From assembly GCA_973895155.1 (NCBI GenBank), contig OZ316895.1:23138558-23202557 (forward strand): DNA of 64,000 bases. Direction: 5' to 3'. The notes under the pieces were generated by a model that was given only the letters and a program-made list of their open reading frames with translations, was not told where the DNA came from and did no database searches. The position numbers were made by a program, and so were the translations under genes. Positions within the stretch are counted from its first letter, which is position 1; each line of letters begins with the position of its first letter. Below are positions 51,774 through 63,000 of the stretch, piece after piece. The DNA is from Marsupella aquatica (taxonomy: Eukaryota; Plantae; Marchantiophyta).

Positions 51774-54036
51774 TTATGCATCGTCGTCACTTTCGTCGCT
51801 AAAATAACCTGATTTCTTCTTGGGTCCCTGGCATGACAATTAACAATGATAAATTCGAGAGCCCAGGCATACATATTTGAACAAAGTAAGACGATGGATG
51901 TAGTGGTGCCCAGGTTACCTTGAGGCCCCTTGATGGTGCTGTCCCTGTGGCAGGTGCACTGGATGCTGCTCTGAAATTGTCCGCCCTGCTTCCATAACAT
52001 CCCGGAATGATCTTAGTAGGGGCGTTTTCTATTTCTAAGTTTGTTACGTGCACTGGGCCAGGGTGATTCTTCCGCTCCACCACAGGGACAAGATTTAAGT
52101 ATTGCAATCAAAACCTTGCAAGTTTACATGATGTTCGACAATGTAGACTGATCAAGAGAAAGCTACACGCTTGGAAGACTTCACTAACCGTGGAGCTACA
52201 ACAGAAGCCCAGCCGTCATCTTCAAACTGCGTTTCGTCCACCTCCTCATCCTCCTCGCTGCAATAGCGAATGTCAATTTCAATATATGATTGCCTTGCTC
52301 AGTTGCTATTAGAGAGGAGGGCAAGTAGAGACCAAAACTATTCGATTTCGAAGTGATGAAAGACAACACAAAAGTCGTCAAACTTCTGAATAGGCGTTGA
52401 CAACCAACCTTTCCTCTACATTTTTCCCAATGGGACCAGCCTGATCAGCATACTGCCCACTCCCTCCTCGCCTCTTTTTGGGAATCGGCCGCTCCCTTGC
52501 CCCTAACTGTTGCAGCAAATGAATGAACTATTGCCTCCACTGGGGATCTTCATGAACTGAACAAACCGCACTTGTGTGCACAATACAAACTGCTGAGGAA
52601 ACTCAGCTCACCAAGTTTGCAATGGGATCTCCCTAGAATAATTTTTTTGGTTCTACACTGACCTGGTTTTTTGGGCACTCGTACGAAAGGTGGCCTTCAT
52701 CTCCGCACTCATAGCAACGACTCTTGTCTTTATAGACCTGTTAAACAAGTCAAGGGTTAGAACAGGCATACAATCCTCGACTTCACTTCTCTGTTCATGC
52801 GACAGCATCTACGACTTTGCACAGGAGGGTAGACTTCACGATGACTTATCTAAACAATGACATTCGTGACCACATCTTTGGGGTTTTGGATAGATGATAT
52901 TAACAGAGAACTTCTGATGCTATTTTCTACTCCCAGAAATGGGGATCATGGTCCCAAAGTAAACATTGTGATTGATCCAATACATACACGCCGTCTGATA
53001 AACTCCTTAGCCCGTCCGTTGTCAGATGCAACTGACACCTTGATCGTTCGCTTGTTTAGAATTTTGCCATCCATCACTTTCACCTGCATAATCCAAATTC
53101 GCGTCTTTCAATCTCCCTAGCGATTCATGTATCCATCGATCCTCCTGTCCATGTCTTTCCGAATCGATCCAGACAAAATGTTTTTGACTGAATTGATGAA
53201 CGAGACAAGCCACGACATGTACTAAAATAAGCTCAGCTTTCAGTCGTCTGCACAACAAAGAGACTCACCGCATTTTGGGCGTCTTCTTTTGCTGTAAACA
53301 AGACGAAAGCAACTCCCTTACTCTGCCGGGTTTGCCTGTCCTTCAACACTGTTACCCTGAAATAAGTAAAGCAGCTCATCAATTAGGTGAGGACTCGTCA
53401 CACATGCCTCTCATGACCAAAAGAAATTTTGCCATTGTCACTAAGGAAAGTATTTTGAGAAGAATGCATCCTTCAGCATCTATGGGACCTGTCAAATGAT
53501 CAAGAGGGATCTCTCATGGATCTTTAACGACACGACAAGTTTTTCTTTTCTGCACAAGGTCTCAGCTACACAGAAAATAATTGAATACAGTATTAGAGTC
53601 TGCCTAAACCCTAAAAAGCGCTTGGACAACAAGTATCGACACCAACAAAATTACACTCACTATGCAACAATATCCCAGCCAGGAGAGAATCCATAAAACC
53701 TTTAAAAATCCCGAAAACTTAGTCTGGCCAACAGAGGGAGAATTTACAAGCAGTGCCAAGAACTTACTTGCCAATCTTGCCGAAAGTACTGAAAATAGTA
53801 TGGAGGTCGCTGTTGGTTAGACTGAAGTCCAGATTACTGACATACACTGTTGATTTTGAAGGAACCAGCCCACCACTCCCTGATGGAGCATTTTGTCCTG
53901 GTCGTCCGGGAGCACCCGTTCTGCTTCCTGCACCACTTCGATTTACTGCGGTGCTCTCTTCATCTTCCTCCTCTTCGCCCTCATCACTGCTGTACCAGTG
54001 CGGCGTCCCCTTGATCCCAAATTTTCCGTTCGACAT
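51774..54036 (-). CDS. ZCRB1: U11/U12 snRNP 31-kDa protein (RRM + CCHC zinc knuckle); exons 54036-53768, 53356-53269, 53083-52988, 52737-52663, 52506-52409, 52257-52189, 51985-51919, 51827-51774
   Basis: [41 protein letters not shown]...SKGVAFVLF; [40 protein letters not shown]; [10 protein letters not shown]; C-terminal [11 protein letters not shown]. Confidence 0.93.
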
Positions 54037-54659
54037 ATTGCTCCAGTGTTTGCTTCCTGTTGTGATATTTCCTAGCTTCCATCACATGCCCCACCTTCCA
54101 TTATGGATAGCAACGTCCTGTTCTTTATCCTCCTTGCAGATGCCCTTCACGGTTTGAAGACACTTTATTGTTCTCTCTGTGGCTTCGATCCAAGGCGAAG
54201 TATTCTGTTCCAGAAGAAAAACCGGTGAGTGAGCTCATTCTTTCTGCGAATGTGGACCTTATTTATACAAGAATTTCTTGTACATTGCAGATCAAGTCTC
54301 TCCTGCAAAAGTCCTCGACACTGCTCCACGAAGATCTGCACTGTACAAGGTATTCTGCGCGAAAGTGACAGTATGCAAGAAAATCTTGAATCATACATGG
54401 GGACGGGTGGACCGACGAACATCTTGAATCTTATATGGTAACGGATGGACCGACGAAAATCTAGAACTCACGGGAAATGATGAGTGATGATGGGGCGTGA
54501 TCCAGTTACTAGAAGAAAAGGCCACGATTTTATCTTTAGAATGGCACACACTGAAAAGTTTTGTATTCAGAACTGCGTTCCAACTCACCAAGACACAATC
54601 TATCGATAGGGGTGGATGCGACAATCGATCTTAGGAGGAGTCCAGCCACCTATGCATAT

Positions 54660-54762
54660 GTCCTTACAACTGTCTTCGGCTAACATTGATCGATGTGTCC
54701 ATGAATCAGTTTGCGGGTGAGGTCCCTTCAGTCTTCGGAGTTCTAAAGTCTTGAAAACTCCT
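54660..54762 (+). pseudogene. LRR (receptor-like kinase/protein type) fragment
   Basis: YNCLRLTLIDVSMNQFAGEVPSVFGVLKS*KL fits the plant LRR consensus LxxLDLSxNxFxGxIP. The mirror copy is at ~59306-59410. Confidence 0.65.
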
Positions 54763-55000
54763 CTCTGCCAGGGGCTTTAGATGCTTGGCGTAATATCACA
54801 GCTACTCATACTTCGCCCTCGGGTCAGCAACCTGCTGAAACAGCCTCGAAATGTCCTGCAACTTCGCTGGAAGCTCCTCTGTCCCAGTAGGAGCAGCCGC
54901 AGCAAGAACAATTGTTGAAGCCCCCCTTTCAGCCTTCCGAGCTACAACTCTACCACCCCATGATCTTGAAAGACTGAGGCGTTTGGGCAGGCGGATCTCG
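54762..55000 (-). pseudogene. SufE1-like (Fe-S assembly) 5' fragment with stops
   Basis: A transit-peptide-like stretch is followed by EELPAKLQDISRLFQQVADPRAKYE*L*YYAKHLKPL, matching the plant SufE1 domain start (ELPPKLQEIVKLFQSV.EPKAKYEQL.FYGK.L.PL, from memory). Confidence 0.8.
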
Positions 55001-56431
55001 AAACACTGAGCACTGCGGATGTGGAGCTCCGTGATACAAAGTCTAGCTCGAGAGAGACAGCCGTCCACTGCCCTAAATTGATACAAGAAATACACAATAA
55101 TAATAGGGCCCGGTGTCAATTCTGAGGACAGCTCAAAAACGACGGACGACAGCACTTTGTCGGCAATGGTGCCACTGCCACACCCGCCGGTCAAATTTGA
55201 CGGTAGGAGTCGGTAATTTGAAAGAGTCCATGGTGGGAGACAAATAAAGAAAGCAAGACAGAGGCGTGTTGTGTGTTGCAATGCGAATTGTAATACGGTA
55301 GGAAAACATACAAGTTAACCGGGAGTTTGGCAATCTGCCACAGGCAGAGTAGCTAGAAAGACTGAACACTATCTGGAGCCAGATACCGGCGGATGCTGCA
55401 GAGCAGTGCGGCACTTTTGATTGCTAGAGCGGGAATCCTTTGAAACACGAAATTCAGTCTTGGGACCTTCTGAATTCGATAGTCCGAAATCTCTAGGTTA
55501 AGTACGTGTTGGCCCTAATTTGGTTCCATAGGACTAGTATTGATTTTGCCTTAGCTTCGAGGTCTGGCATTCATTGAATTCATTAGAACGAGTGTTCAAT
55601 GCATCAAAAGAACAAGAGCTGATCGAAGAATTTTCGGGACAAATTACGCGACCGAAAAGTCTCCTACAGGAGCAAGGCTAATGTGCTAGAATCAGTTCTA
55701 GAACCTGGAAGAATTGATCATTCATCCTAAGTTCTTGTCCAGAAAAGCAAATCATATGGATCCGGGCGAAGCAATTACCAGACGAAATCATCTTCTTCTT
55801 GAGAGGTACGTCCACCACATCAGCCGTCTGTCAAGCCTTCTAAATCACCATCCTGTGCACGTCTGACTTCCTCGAGCGTTCTCCTCCTCCCTGCTGTTGA
55901 ATTCCTTACTCTTAGGAGTGTCGTAACCACAGTCGTAATTTTAGCGATGTCCCGGCGCCTCCCTCCATAAACATCTGCAAGGTCTTCCTCTGCACTTCCT
56001 TTTAGCACTTTCAAAACCCCATCGCTACCAGATGGCCTCAGGCTTCGGTTTAAACCCGAGAATCTGAATGAAGTCCGACTTCATCCCCTGCACCTCCACC
56101 ACTCAATGACAGAGCTTCGCTTCAGCACAGGAAAATGTCTATCGATTGATTCGAGCGAATTTGGTATGCATAGCTTTTTTGAAAGTGTGTGAAGAAGAAG
56201 ATGCTCAAAAGATTCACTATTCAACTATTTTTTCTGAACGTCAGATCTCCCTAGATTTAAGGCTGACCCTTAGATTCTGGCTAATGGGGCCTGGGAATAG
56301 GTGTACCACTGGCTAATGAGACAGCTAATTTTAGCCAAAAGTGGTGAAAGAATTTTGGGGAGGTGAAATCTAGCAAATTTCCACCACTAAAAAACACACC
56401 AGACGCAGACCGGGAGGGAGGGAGAGATTAT

Positions 56432-56580
56432 TAAACCTGAACCCACACAATCAATACTCCCCACCAGTACACCCCACCCACAGATACCCTCCATACTCCT
56501 TGTGTGTGGAGGGATGATTGAACCTGGGAAGTCTCAGTTCTAGGCTCATCCTCTGGCCAACTAACCAAAGCAGTTGGTAG
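56432..56580 (-). mobile_element. Probable tRNA-derived SINE
   Basis: The minus strand has an A-box-like tggttagttgg and a B-box-like ggttcaatc at tRNA spacing, then a GT-rich body ending in taataat. Flanked by AG-rich tracts. Confidence 0.5.
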
Positions 56581-57379
56581 AGAGAGAGAGAGAGGCAGGC
56601 AACACTGAGTGACATGGCCTTACACTGTCAGCCAAGACTGAGCAACAGCAAGGCCTTACAGTGCCCTTACAGTGAAGCCCACTTTAAGCCAACACTCACA
56701 CCAAACCTACACTAGAGGTTTTGGATGGATCTTCAGTTTTGCCAAAAAGCTAGGATAGATTTTTAGAACGTGATGGATTGGAGCAAAAGCCACAAAATTA
56801 ACCCTCGTTTGTGTTCATATCTATACTTGTACACACTATAACATGTAATTTACACAATGAACTTTTGCAACGTGGATGGATGGAGCAAAACCCTCATTTC
56901 TACATATAATCTGGCTCCTTCATTTTCATGGTCTGTTTATTTATGGTGACTTTTTATTCTAATGGTGAAATGAACCTAAAGGGGTGTCAATGTGCTCTTT
57001 TCCATGCCTAACCTATCATTCTCTCCCAATATGCACGCTCCTTGAAATCTAATAACCAGATTGGATCAGTGACTCAGTGGCGTGTCCAACTACCTGACTA
57101 TCTCACTTCCGTTTTGGAAAATTAGGTTGATTCATTCCCCTGTTAGAAGTGACCATGGGTACTTTTTACCTTTTAATGTACAGTGCAATGGAGTAAATAA
57201 ATTTTCCACGTTTATAAATGAGTAATTTACACCTAGATTCTCAGAATATTCCCAAGACATATATTTCTCATTAAGTTTCACAAACAGCTTTGATTTATGT
57301 CTAAGAGAGACTCAAGTTTTCAATAATTATTGAGTTTAGCATGCGCTGATTGTCACTTTGGTAGTAAACAAATACAGAA

Positions 57380-58265
57380 CGAGCCCTAATTTAAATAAAA
57401 GGGAACAAACAAAATACAAAGGAGGGAAAGCAAAAGAGGCACAAACACAAAAAGAGGTAAATGCAATCCCAAAAACGGAGGAAGAGGGGAAAATTAACCA
57501 GGTACCAATTCACTAGTGTGATAACTAATGGTACACATTTAGCATCATAACCAAATCTGCAAATAGGATACGGATGTACTCTAAGAGGGCAAGCCTCTAA
57601 TGAGACATACTAGCATAGAGGGTGAGTGATGGGCGGTACATCGCTCAAGCTTGAGCACACACTAATGTCATGATTGAAATTGACCAAATCTGCAAATGGG
57701 ACTGGATGTTCTTTAAGTGGCCAAGCCTCTGCGGAGGCACAATAGTACCTACGATAAGAGATTGACGGTAGATCGTTCTAGCTTGAGCATGAGCTAAATC
57801 TGTAAGTATATATCACAGTGCCCAATGGCACACATGATCCCAAGGCTTATATATCACAGTCCAACGCACACATGATCCCAAGGCTATATATCACAGTGCC
57901 CAAGGGCAAACATGATCCCAAGGCTATATATCACAGGGCCCAAGGGCAAACATGATCCCAAAAGCAAAGCGAGGCAATGAAGGGGAGGGAAAGAGAGAGG
58001 GGAAAGGGCCCCAAGAAAAAACAAGCTAAGGTCCCTAACCAAAAGCCGACCAAAATGAGAGTAAAAGAGGGGAATGGGCCCCATGAAAAAACAAGCGAAG
58101 GGTCCCTAACCAAAAGCCGACGGAAATGTAACCTAATGGATCTACTCTAAGGGGCAAGCCTTTGCTAACACTAGCACCCTCGTTGAGAGATCAACGGTAG
58201 CAGATTGCTCACGTTGAGAGATCAACGGTAGTAGATTGCTCCATCTTGAGCACGCTATAATGTCA
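57380..58265. repeat. Repeat-rich, probably TE-derived segment in the inverted-repeat spacer
   Basis: Four ~38-bp units atatatcacagtgcccaagggca(c/a)acatgatcccaaggct at 57807-57960; three diverged ~130-bp units (ggat.tactctaag..gcaagcct...cttgagca); similarity of 57900-57990 to the opposite strand near 41090-41170. Confidence 0.6.
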
Positions 58266-59693
58266 CTAAAATTACGACGATGGTTACGACACTCTTAAGA
58301 GTAAGGAATTCAACAGCAGGGAGGAGGAGAAAGCTCGAGGAAGTCAGACGTGCACAGGATGGTGATTTAGAAGGCTTGACAGACGGCTGATGTGGTGGAC
58401 CTCTCAAGAAGAAGATGATTTCGTCTGGTATTTGCTTCGCCCCGATCCATATGGATTGCTTTTCTGGACAAGAACTCAGGATGAATGATCAATTCTTCCA
58501 GGTTCTAGAACTGATTCTAGCACAGTAGCCTTGCTTCTGTAGGAGACTTTTCGGTCGTGTAATTCATCCCAAAAAATCTTCGATCAGCTCTTGTTCTTTT
58601 GATGGATTGAACACTTGCTCTAATGAATTCAATGAATGCCAGACCTCGAAGCTAAGGCAAAATCAATGCTAGTCCTATGGAACCAAATTAGGGCCAACAC
58701 GTACTTAACCGAGAGATTTCGGACTATCGAATTCAAAAGGTCCCAAGACTGAATTTCGTGTTTCAAAGGATTCCCGCTCTAGCAATCAAAAGTGCCGCAC
58801 TGCTCTGCAGCATCCGTCGGTCTCTGGCTCCAGATAGTGTTCAGTCTTCTAGCTACTCTTCGTGTGGCAGATTGCCAAACTCCCGGTTAACTTGTATGTT
58901 TTTCCTACCGTATTACACACCGACCAGCAATTCGCATTGCAACACACAACACGCCTCTGTCTTGCTTTCTTTATTTGTCTTCCACCATGGACTCTTTCCA
59001 ATTACCGACTCCTACCTTCAAATTTGACCGTCTGGTGGGCAGTGGCAGCATTGCCGACAGAGTGCTGTCGTCCGTCGTTTTTGAGCTGTCCTCAGTCTTT
59101 CAAGATCATGGAGTGGTAGAGTTGTAGCTCGGCAGGCTGAAAGGGGGGCTTCAACAATTGTTCTTGCTGCGGCTGCTCCTACTGGGACGGAGGAGCTTCC
59201 AGCGAAGTTGCAGGACATTTCGAGGCTGTTTCAGCAGGTTGCTGACCCGAGGGCGAAGTATGAGTAGGTGTGATATTACGCCAAGCATCTAAAGCCCCTG
59301 GCAGAGAGGAGTTTTCAAGACTTTAGAACTCCGAAGACTGAAGGGATCTCACCCGCAAACTGATTCATGGACACATCGATCAATGTTAGCCGAAGACAGT
59401 TGTAAGGACATATGCATAGGTGGCTGGACTCCTCCTCAGATCGATTGTCGCATCCTCCCCTATCGATAGATTGTGTCTTGGTGAGTTGGGACGAAGTTCT
59501 GAATACAAAACTGTTCAGTGCAATTCTAAAGATAAAATCGTGGCCTTTTCTTCTAGTAACTGGATCACGCCCCATCATCACTCATCAATTTCCCGTGAGT
59601 TCTAGATTTTCGTCGGTCCATCTGTTACCATATATGATTCAAGATATTCGTCGGTACACCCGTCACTGTGTATGATTCAAGATTTTCTTGCAT
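58266..59693. repeat. Right arm of the long inverted repeat; SufE fragment on + at ~59100-59313; ~150-bp internal deletion at ~59095
   Basis: ORF 58862..59119 mirrors 54802..55281, and ORF 59412..59675 mirrors 54391..54624. The ctcag|tctttcaag junction skips ~54975-55120 of the left arm. Confidence 0.92.
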
Positions 59694-59824
59694 GTACAGT
59701 CGCTGTAATTGTCTTCTTGCACGATGCCAGGATTTCGTTCAAGCTCTCATGCTTCCAATTTCTTAATATGACATTCAAACCTATGAGTTCAATCAGTCGA
59801 CGAGAGCCTGCAAAGAATGACTGC

Positions 59825-60326
59825 GGCTCGGGCGCAAGTTCGGCTCCATTTTGGACACGTGAAATGCGCAATAGGAATTGCCAATGCAAAGTAGTTTTAA
59901 TATCAATTGCAAATATCTACATTCAAGCGGGCATTCAAGTCTAAACCAAGGAATACAGAATTGATCAATGACAAATTGCCCAACATAAATTGCCGATGGA
60001 AAGAATCTCACTGTGTTTTAATGTCAATTGCAAAGATCTACATTCGGGCTCGGGCGCCAGCTAGCTAGTTCGGCTCCATTTTGAACACGTGAAATGCGCA
60101 ACACGAATTGCCAACGCAAAGTATTTTTCAATATCAATTGCAAAGATGTACATTCAAGCGGGCATTCAAGTCTAAACCAAGGAGTACAGAATTGATAACT
60201 GACAAAAATGCCCAACATAAATTTGCCAATGGAAAGAACCTCACTGTGTTTTTATGTCAATTGCAAAGATCTACATTCAAGCGGGCATTCAAGTCTAAAT
60301 CAAGGAGTACAGAATTGATCACTGAC
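59825..60326. repeat. Tandem duplication of ~220 bp plus a partial third copy, downstream of the germin gene
   Basis: agttcggctccatttt..acacgtgaaatgcgcaa occurs twice; tacattcaagcgggcattcaagtctaaa occurs three times. Confidence 0.85.
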
Positions 60327-60479
60327 AGACTGCTCGCGGTGGCGGAGTTATCGCGTGTTTCCGTAGCGAAAGATTTCACTCTTGCGATCTGATTATATGG
60401 CTGTTGCGCTGTTGTGCTGTAATGCTGAGTTCGAGTGAAACATTAGACGGTCTAACCTGAAAACCGTTGTCGACAGAAA

Positions 60480-61094
60480 TTAACTATCTCCAAGAGCCTG
60501 CTTGATCGAGCGCACCATGTCGGTGTCAATGCCATACGCTGAGGCGAGTACAACGTCGGGGAGGCCTCCGCTACCGGCCATGAAGCAAGCGGTGGAAACG
60601 ACAAGCGTTCCTGGATTCTCACTGGTAAGAACCGAGAAGCCCGAAGCTGGCACATCGCCATTGTTTCGCTGGTAGTGGAGCAAACCCTTGGGAAACACGA
60701 ACATATCGCCCGTCAGCAATGTAGTTTCGAACAGCTGGTTGCGGGTGTCCACCAGCCCCACGTCCACCGTCCCCGATAGAACGTAGAAAATCTCGCTTGC
60801 GCGGGGATGAGTGTGTGGATCAGTCTGCGATTCCGGCCCGAACGAGAACTCTACTGCTGTGACACCAACTCCGGTGAGTCCCGGAGTGTTCTGAGAGCTG
60901 GAGAACACTTGTGTTCGCACTCCTTTGCCATTAGCCGGAAGGTTGCGAAATCCGGTAAATGTGAAATTCTCTGCAGACGTCGCAGTGATCCCGAAATCGG
61001 TGATCATGTCCGGATCGCTTGCTTGGACGTTGTGTGCAACTGTCACGAGCAGAACTCCCAGGACCAGAAGCATCATTCCAGCAGGTCTGCCCAT
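60480..61094 (-). CDS. Germin-like protein (cupin), intronless, 204 aa
   Basis: Signal peptide MGRPAGMMLLVLGVLLVTVAHNVQA, then SDPDMITDF, germin motifs PHTHPRASE and GDMFVFPKGLLHYQ, and SENPG. Confidence 0.95.
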   Translation of the reverse strand: MGRPAGMMLLVLGVLLVTVAHNVQASDPDMITDFGITATSAENFTFTGFRNLPANGKGVRTQVFSSSQNTPGLTGVGVTAVEFSFGPESQTDPHTHPRASEIFYVLSGTVDVGLVDTRNQLFETTLLTGDMFVFPKGLLHYQRNNGDVPASGFSVLTSENPGTLVVSTACFMAGSGGLPDVVLASAYGIDTDMVRSIKQALGDS

Positions 61095-62622
61095 AGCCTC
61101 TTTCGTGCAGCTCTGTCGACTGTAGTACTCCCGCAGCTCCAATTGACGCAGATAGCAGTCTGTCTCTCTATCAGTAGTCAGAGAGTCACTGAATCAAATT
61201 GGAAGCCATGGATAGTCTCTTTCGTGCAGCTCTGTCGCCTATAGTAGTCCCGCAGCTCCAATTGACGCAGAGTTTTCTGTCTCTCTATATCATTAGAGAG
61301 TGGTTGAATCAAATTGGAATGCCCAGTCTCTTTCGTGCAGCTCTGTCGACTGTAGTACTCCCGCAGCTCCAATTGATGCAGATAGCTTTCTGTCTCTCTA
61401 TCAATTATAGCTAGAGAGTCGCTGAATCAAATTGGAATGCCCATAGTCTCTTTCGTGCAGCTCCGTCGACTATAGTACTCCCGCAGCTTCAATTGACGCA
61501 GATAATAGTCTGTCTGAGCTCTAATCAATAGAGAGTCGTTTTATCAGATAAAATTTGCTGAATCAAATTGGAATGTCCATAGTCTCTTTCGTGCAGCTCC
61601 GTCGACTGTAGTACCTCCGCAGCTTTAATTGACGCAGATGTTTTTCTGTCTATCTATCAATAGAGAGTCGCTGAATCAGATGGAATTCGCTGAATCAAAT
61701 TGTAATGCCCACAGTCTCTTTCGTGCAGCTCTGTCGACTGTAGTACTCTAACAGCTCCAATTGACGCAGATAGCTTTCTGTCTATCTATCAATAGAGAGT
61801 CGCTGATTCAAATTGGAATGCCCATAGTCTCTTTCGTGCAGCTCCGTCGACTATAGTACTCCCGCAGCTCCAGTTGACGCAGACAGTTTTCTATCTTTCT
61901 ATCAATAGAGAGTCGCCGAATCACATGAAATTCGCTGCATCAATTGAATTGGAATGCCCACAGTCTGTCGTGCAGCTCTATCGACTGTAGTACTCCCGCA
62001 GCGCCAATTGACGCAGATGGCTTTCTGTCTCTCTATCAATTATAGCTAGAGAGTCGCTGAATCAAATTGGAATGCCCATAGTCTCTTTCGTGCAGCTCCG
62101 TCGACTGTAGTACTCCCGCAGCTCCAATTAATGCAAATAAAAGTGTGTCTCTCTATCGATAGCTAGAGAGTCGTTTTATCAGATGGAATTCGCTGAATCA
62201 AATTGGAATGCCCACAGTCTCTTCCGCGCAGCTCCGTCGACTGTAGTACTTCCGCAGCTCCAATCGACGCAGATAGTTTCAGTCTAATTATCTATCAATA
62301 GAGAGTCGTCGACTGTAGTACTTCCGCAGCTCCAATTGACGCAGATAGTTTCAGTCTAATTATCTATCAATAGAGAGTCGCTGAATCAATTGAATTGGAA
62401 TGCCCAGTCTCTTTCGTGCAGCTGAGCTGTGGACTATAGTACTCCCGCAGCTCCAATTGACGCAGATAGCTGTCTGTCTCTCTATCAATTATAGCTAGAG
62501 AGTCGCTGAATCAAATTGGAATGCCCACAGTCTCTTTCGTGCAGCTCTGTCGACTATAGTACTCCCGCAGCTCCAATTGACGCAGATAGTTTTCTGCCTC
62601 TCTATCAATAGAAAATCGCTGA
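61089..62622 (-). repeat. Tandem array of 13 units (12 full of ~113-136 bp, 1 partial) directly upstream of, and overlapping, the germin start codon
   Basis: The core gcccatagtctctttcgtgcagctc(c/t)gtcgact(a/g)tagtactcccgcagctccaattgacgcagatag starts near 61089, 61205, 61321, 61439, 61575, 61707, 61820, 61956, 62074, 62210, 62306 (partial), 62402 and 62523. Confidence 0.95.
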
Positions 62623-62859
62623 GGCGCATGGGAATGGTAAACTGCGCTGAAGCATCTTCAATATTAGTCGAAGGCGAGGAACGTTTCAAGCGAACTGTTA
62701 ACATGCTACCGTTTTCCCCCCAAACAGCAATATATTTGAATAGTTGGCCATGGGGCCCCTTTCAAATAGTGCGCATGAAGCATTGTGTTCGCCTTTTAAA
62801 AAAAAATTACTTTCAAGAAAGGACTTTATTTATATATACCCCTGAGATTTTTGATGACT

Positions 62860-63000
62860 TGATTTTTAAAAATTGATAAAATCCCTACATTAGAGAGTCT
62901 AATTAAAAACCAGGTGTTTATTGGAGGTTTTAATGACTTGATTTATAAAAATTGATAAAATCCTTACAATAGAGTCTAAAAACCAGGTGTTTAGTGGAGG
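62860..63000. repeat. ~75-bp tandem duplication
   Basis: atgacttgattt.taaaaattgataaaatcc.taca.tagagagtctaa..aaaccaggtgttta occurs twice. Confidence 0.7.

Larger units (their letters stand above)
54373..55944. repeat. Left arm of a long inverted repeat (partner 58266-59693)
   Basis: atgcaagaaaatcttgaatcata (54373) is the reverse complement of 59671-59693. gagtgtcgtaacca..gtcgtaattttag (to 55944) is the reverse complement of 58266-58294. The sequence between is collinear. Confidence 0.92.

Noticed and set aside
51774-54036. U12-type introns in or near the minor-spliceosome gene
   Set aside because: The donors inferred here are ordinary U2-type GT sites; none shows the RTATCCTT consensus.
61089-62622. 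CRISPR-like array (conserved core with variable intervening sequence)
   Set aside because: The variable parts are diverged versions of one another rather than unique spacers, the context is eukaryotic, and there are no cas genes.
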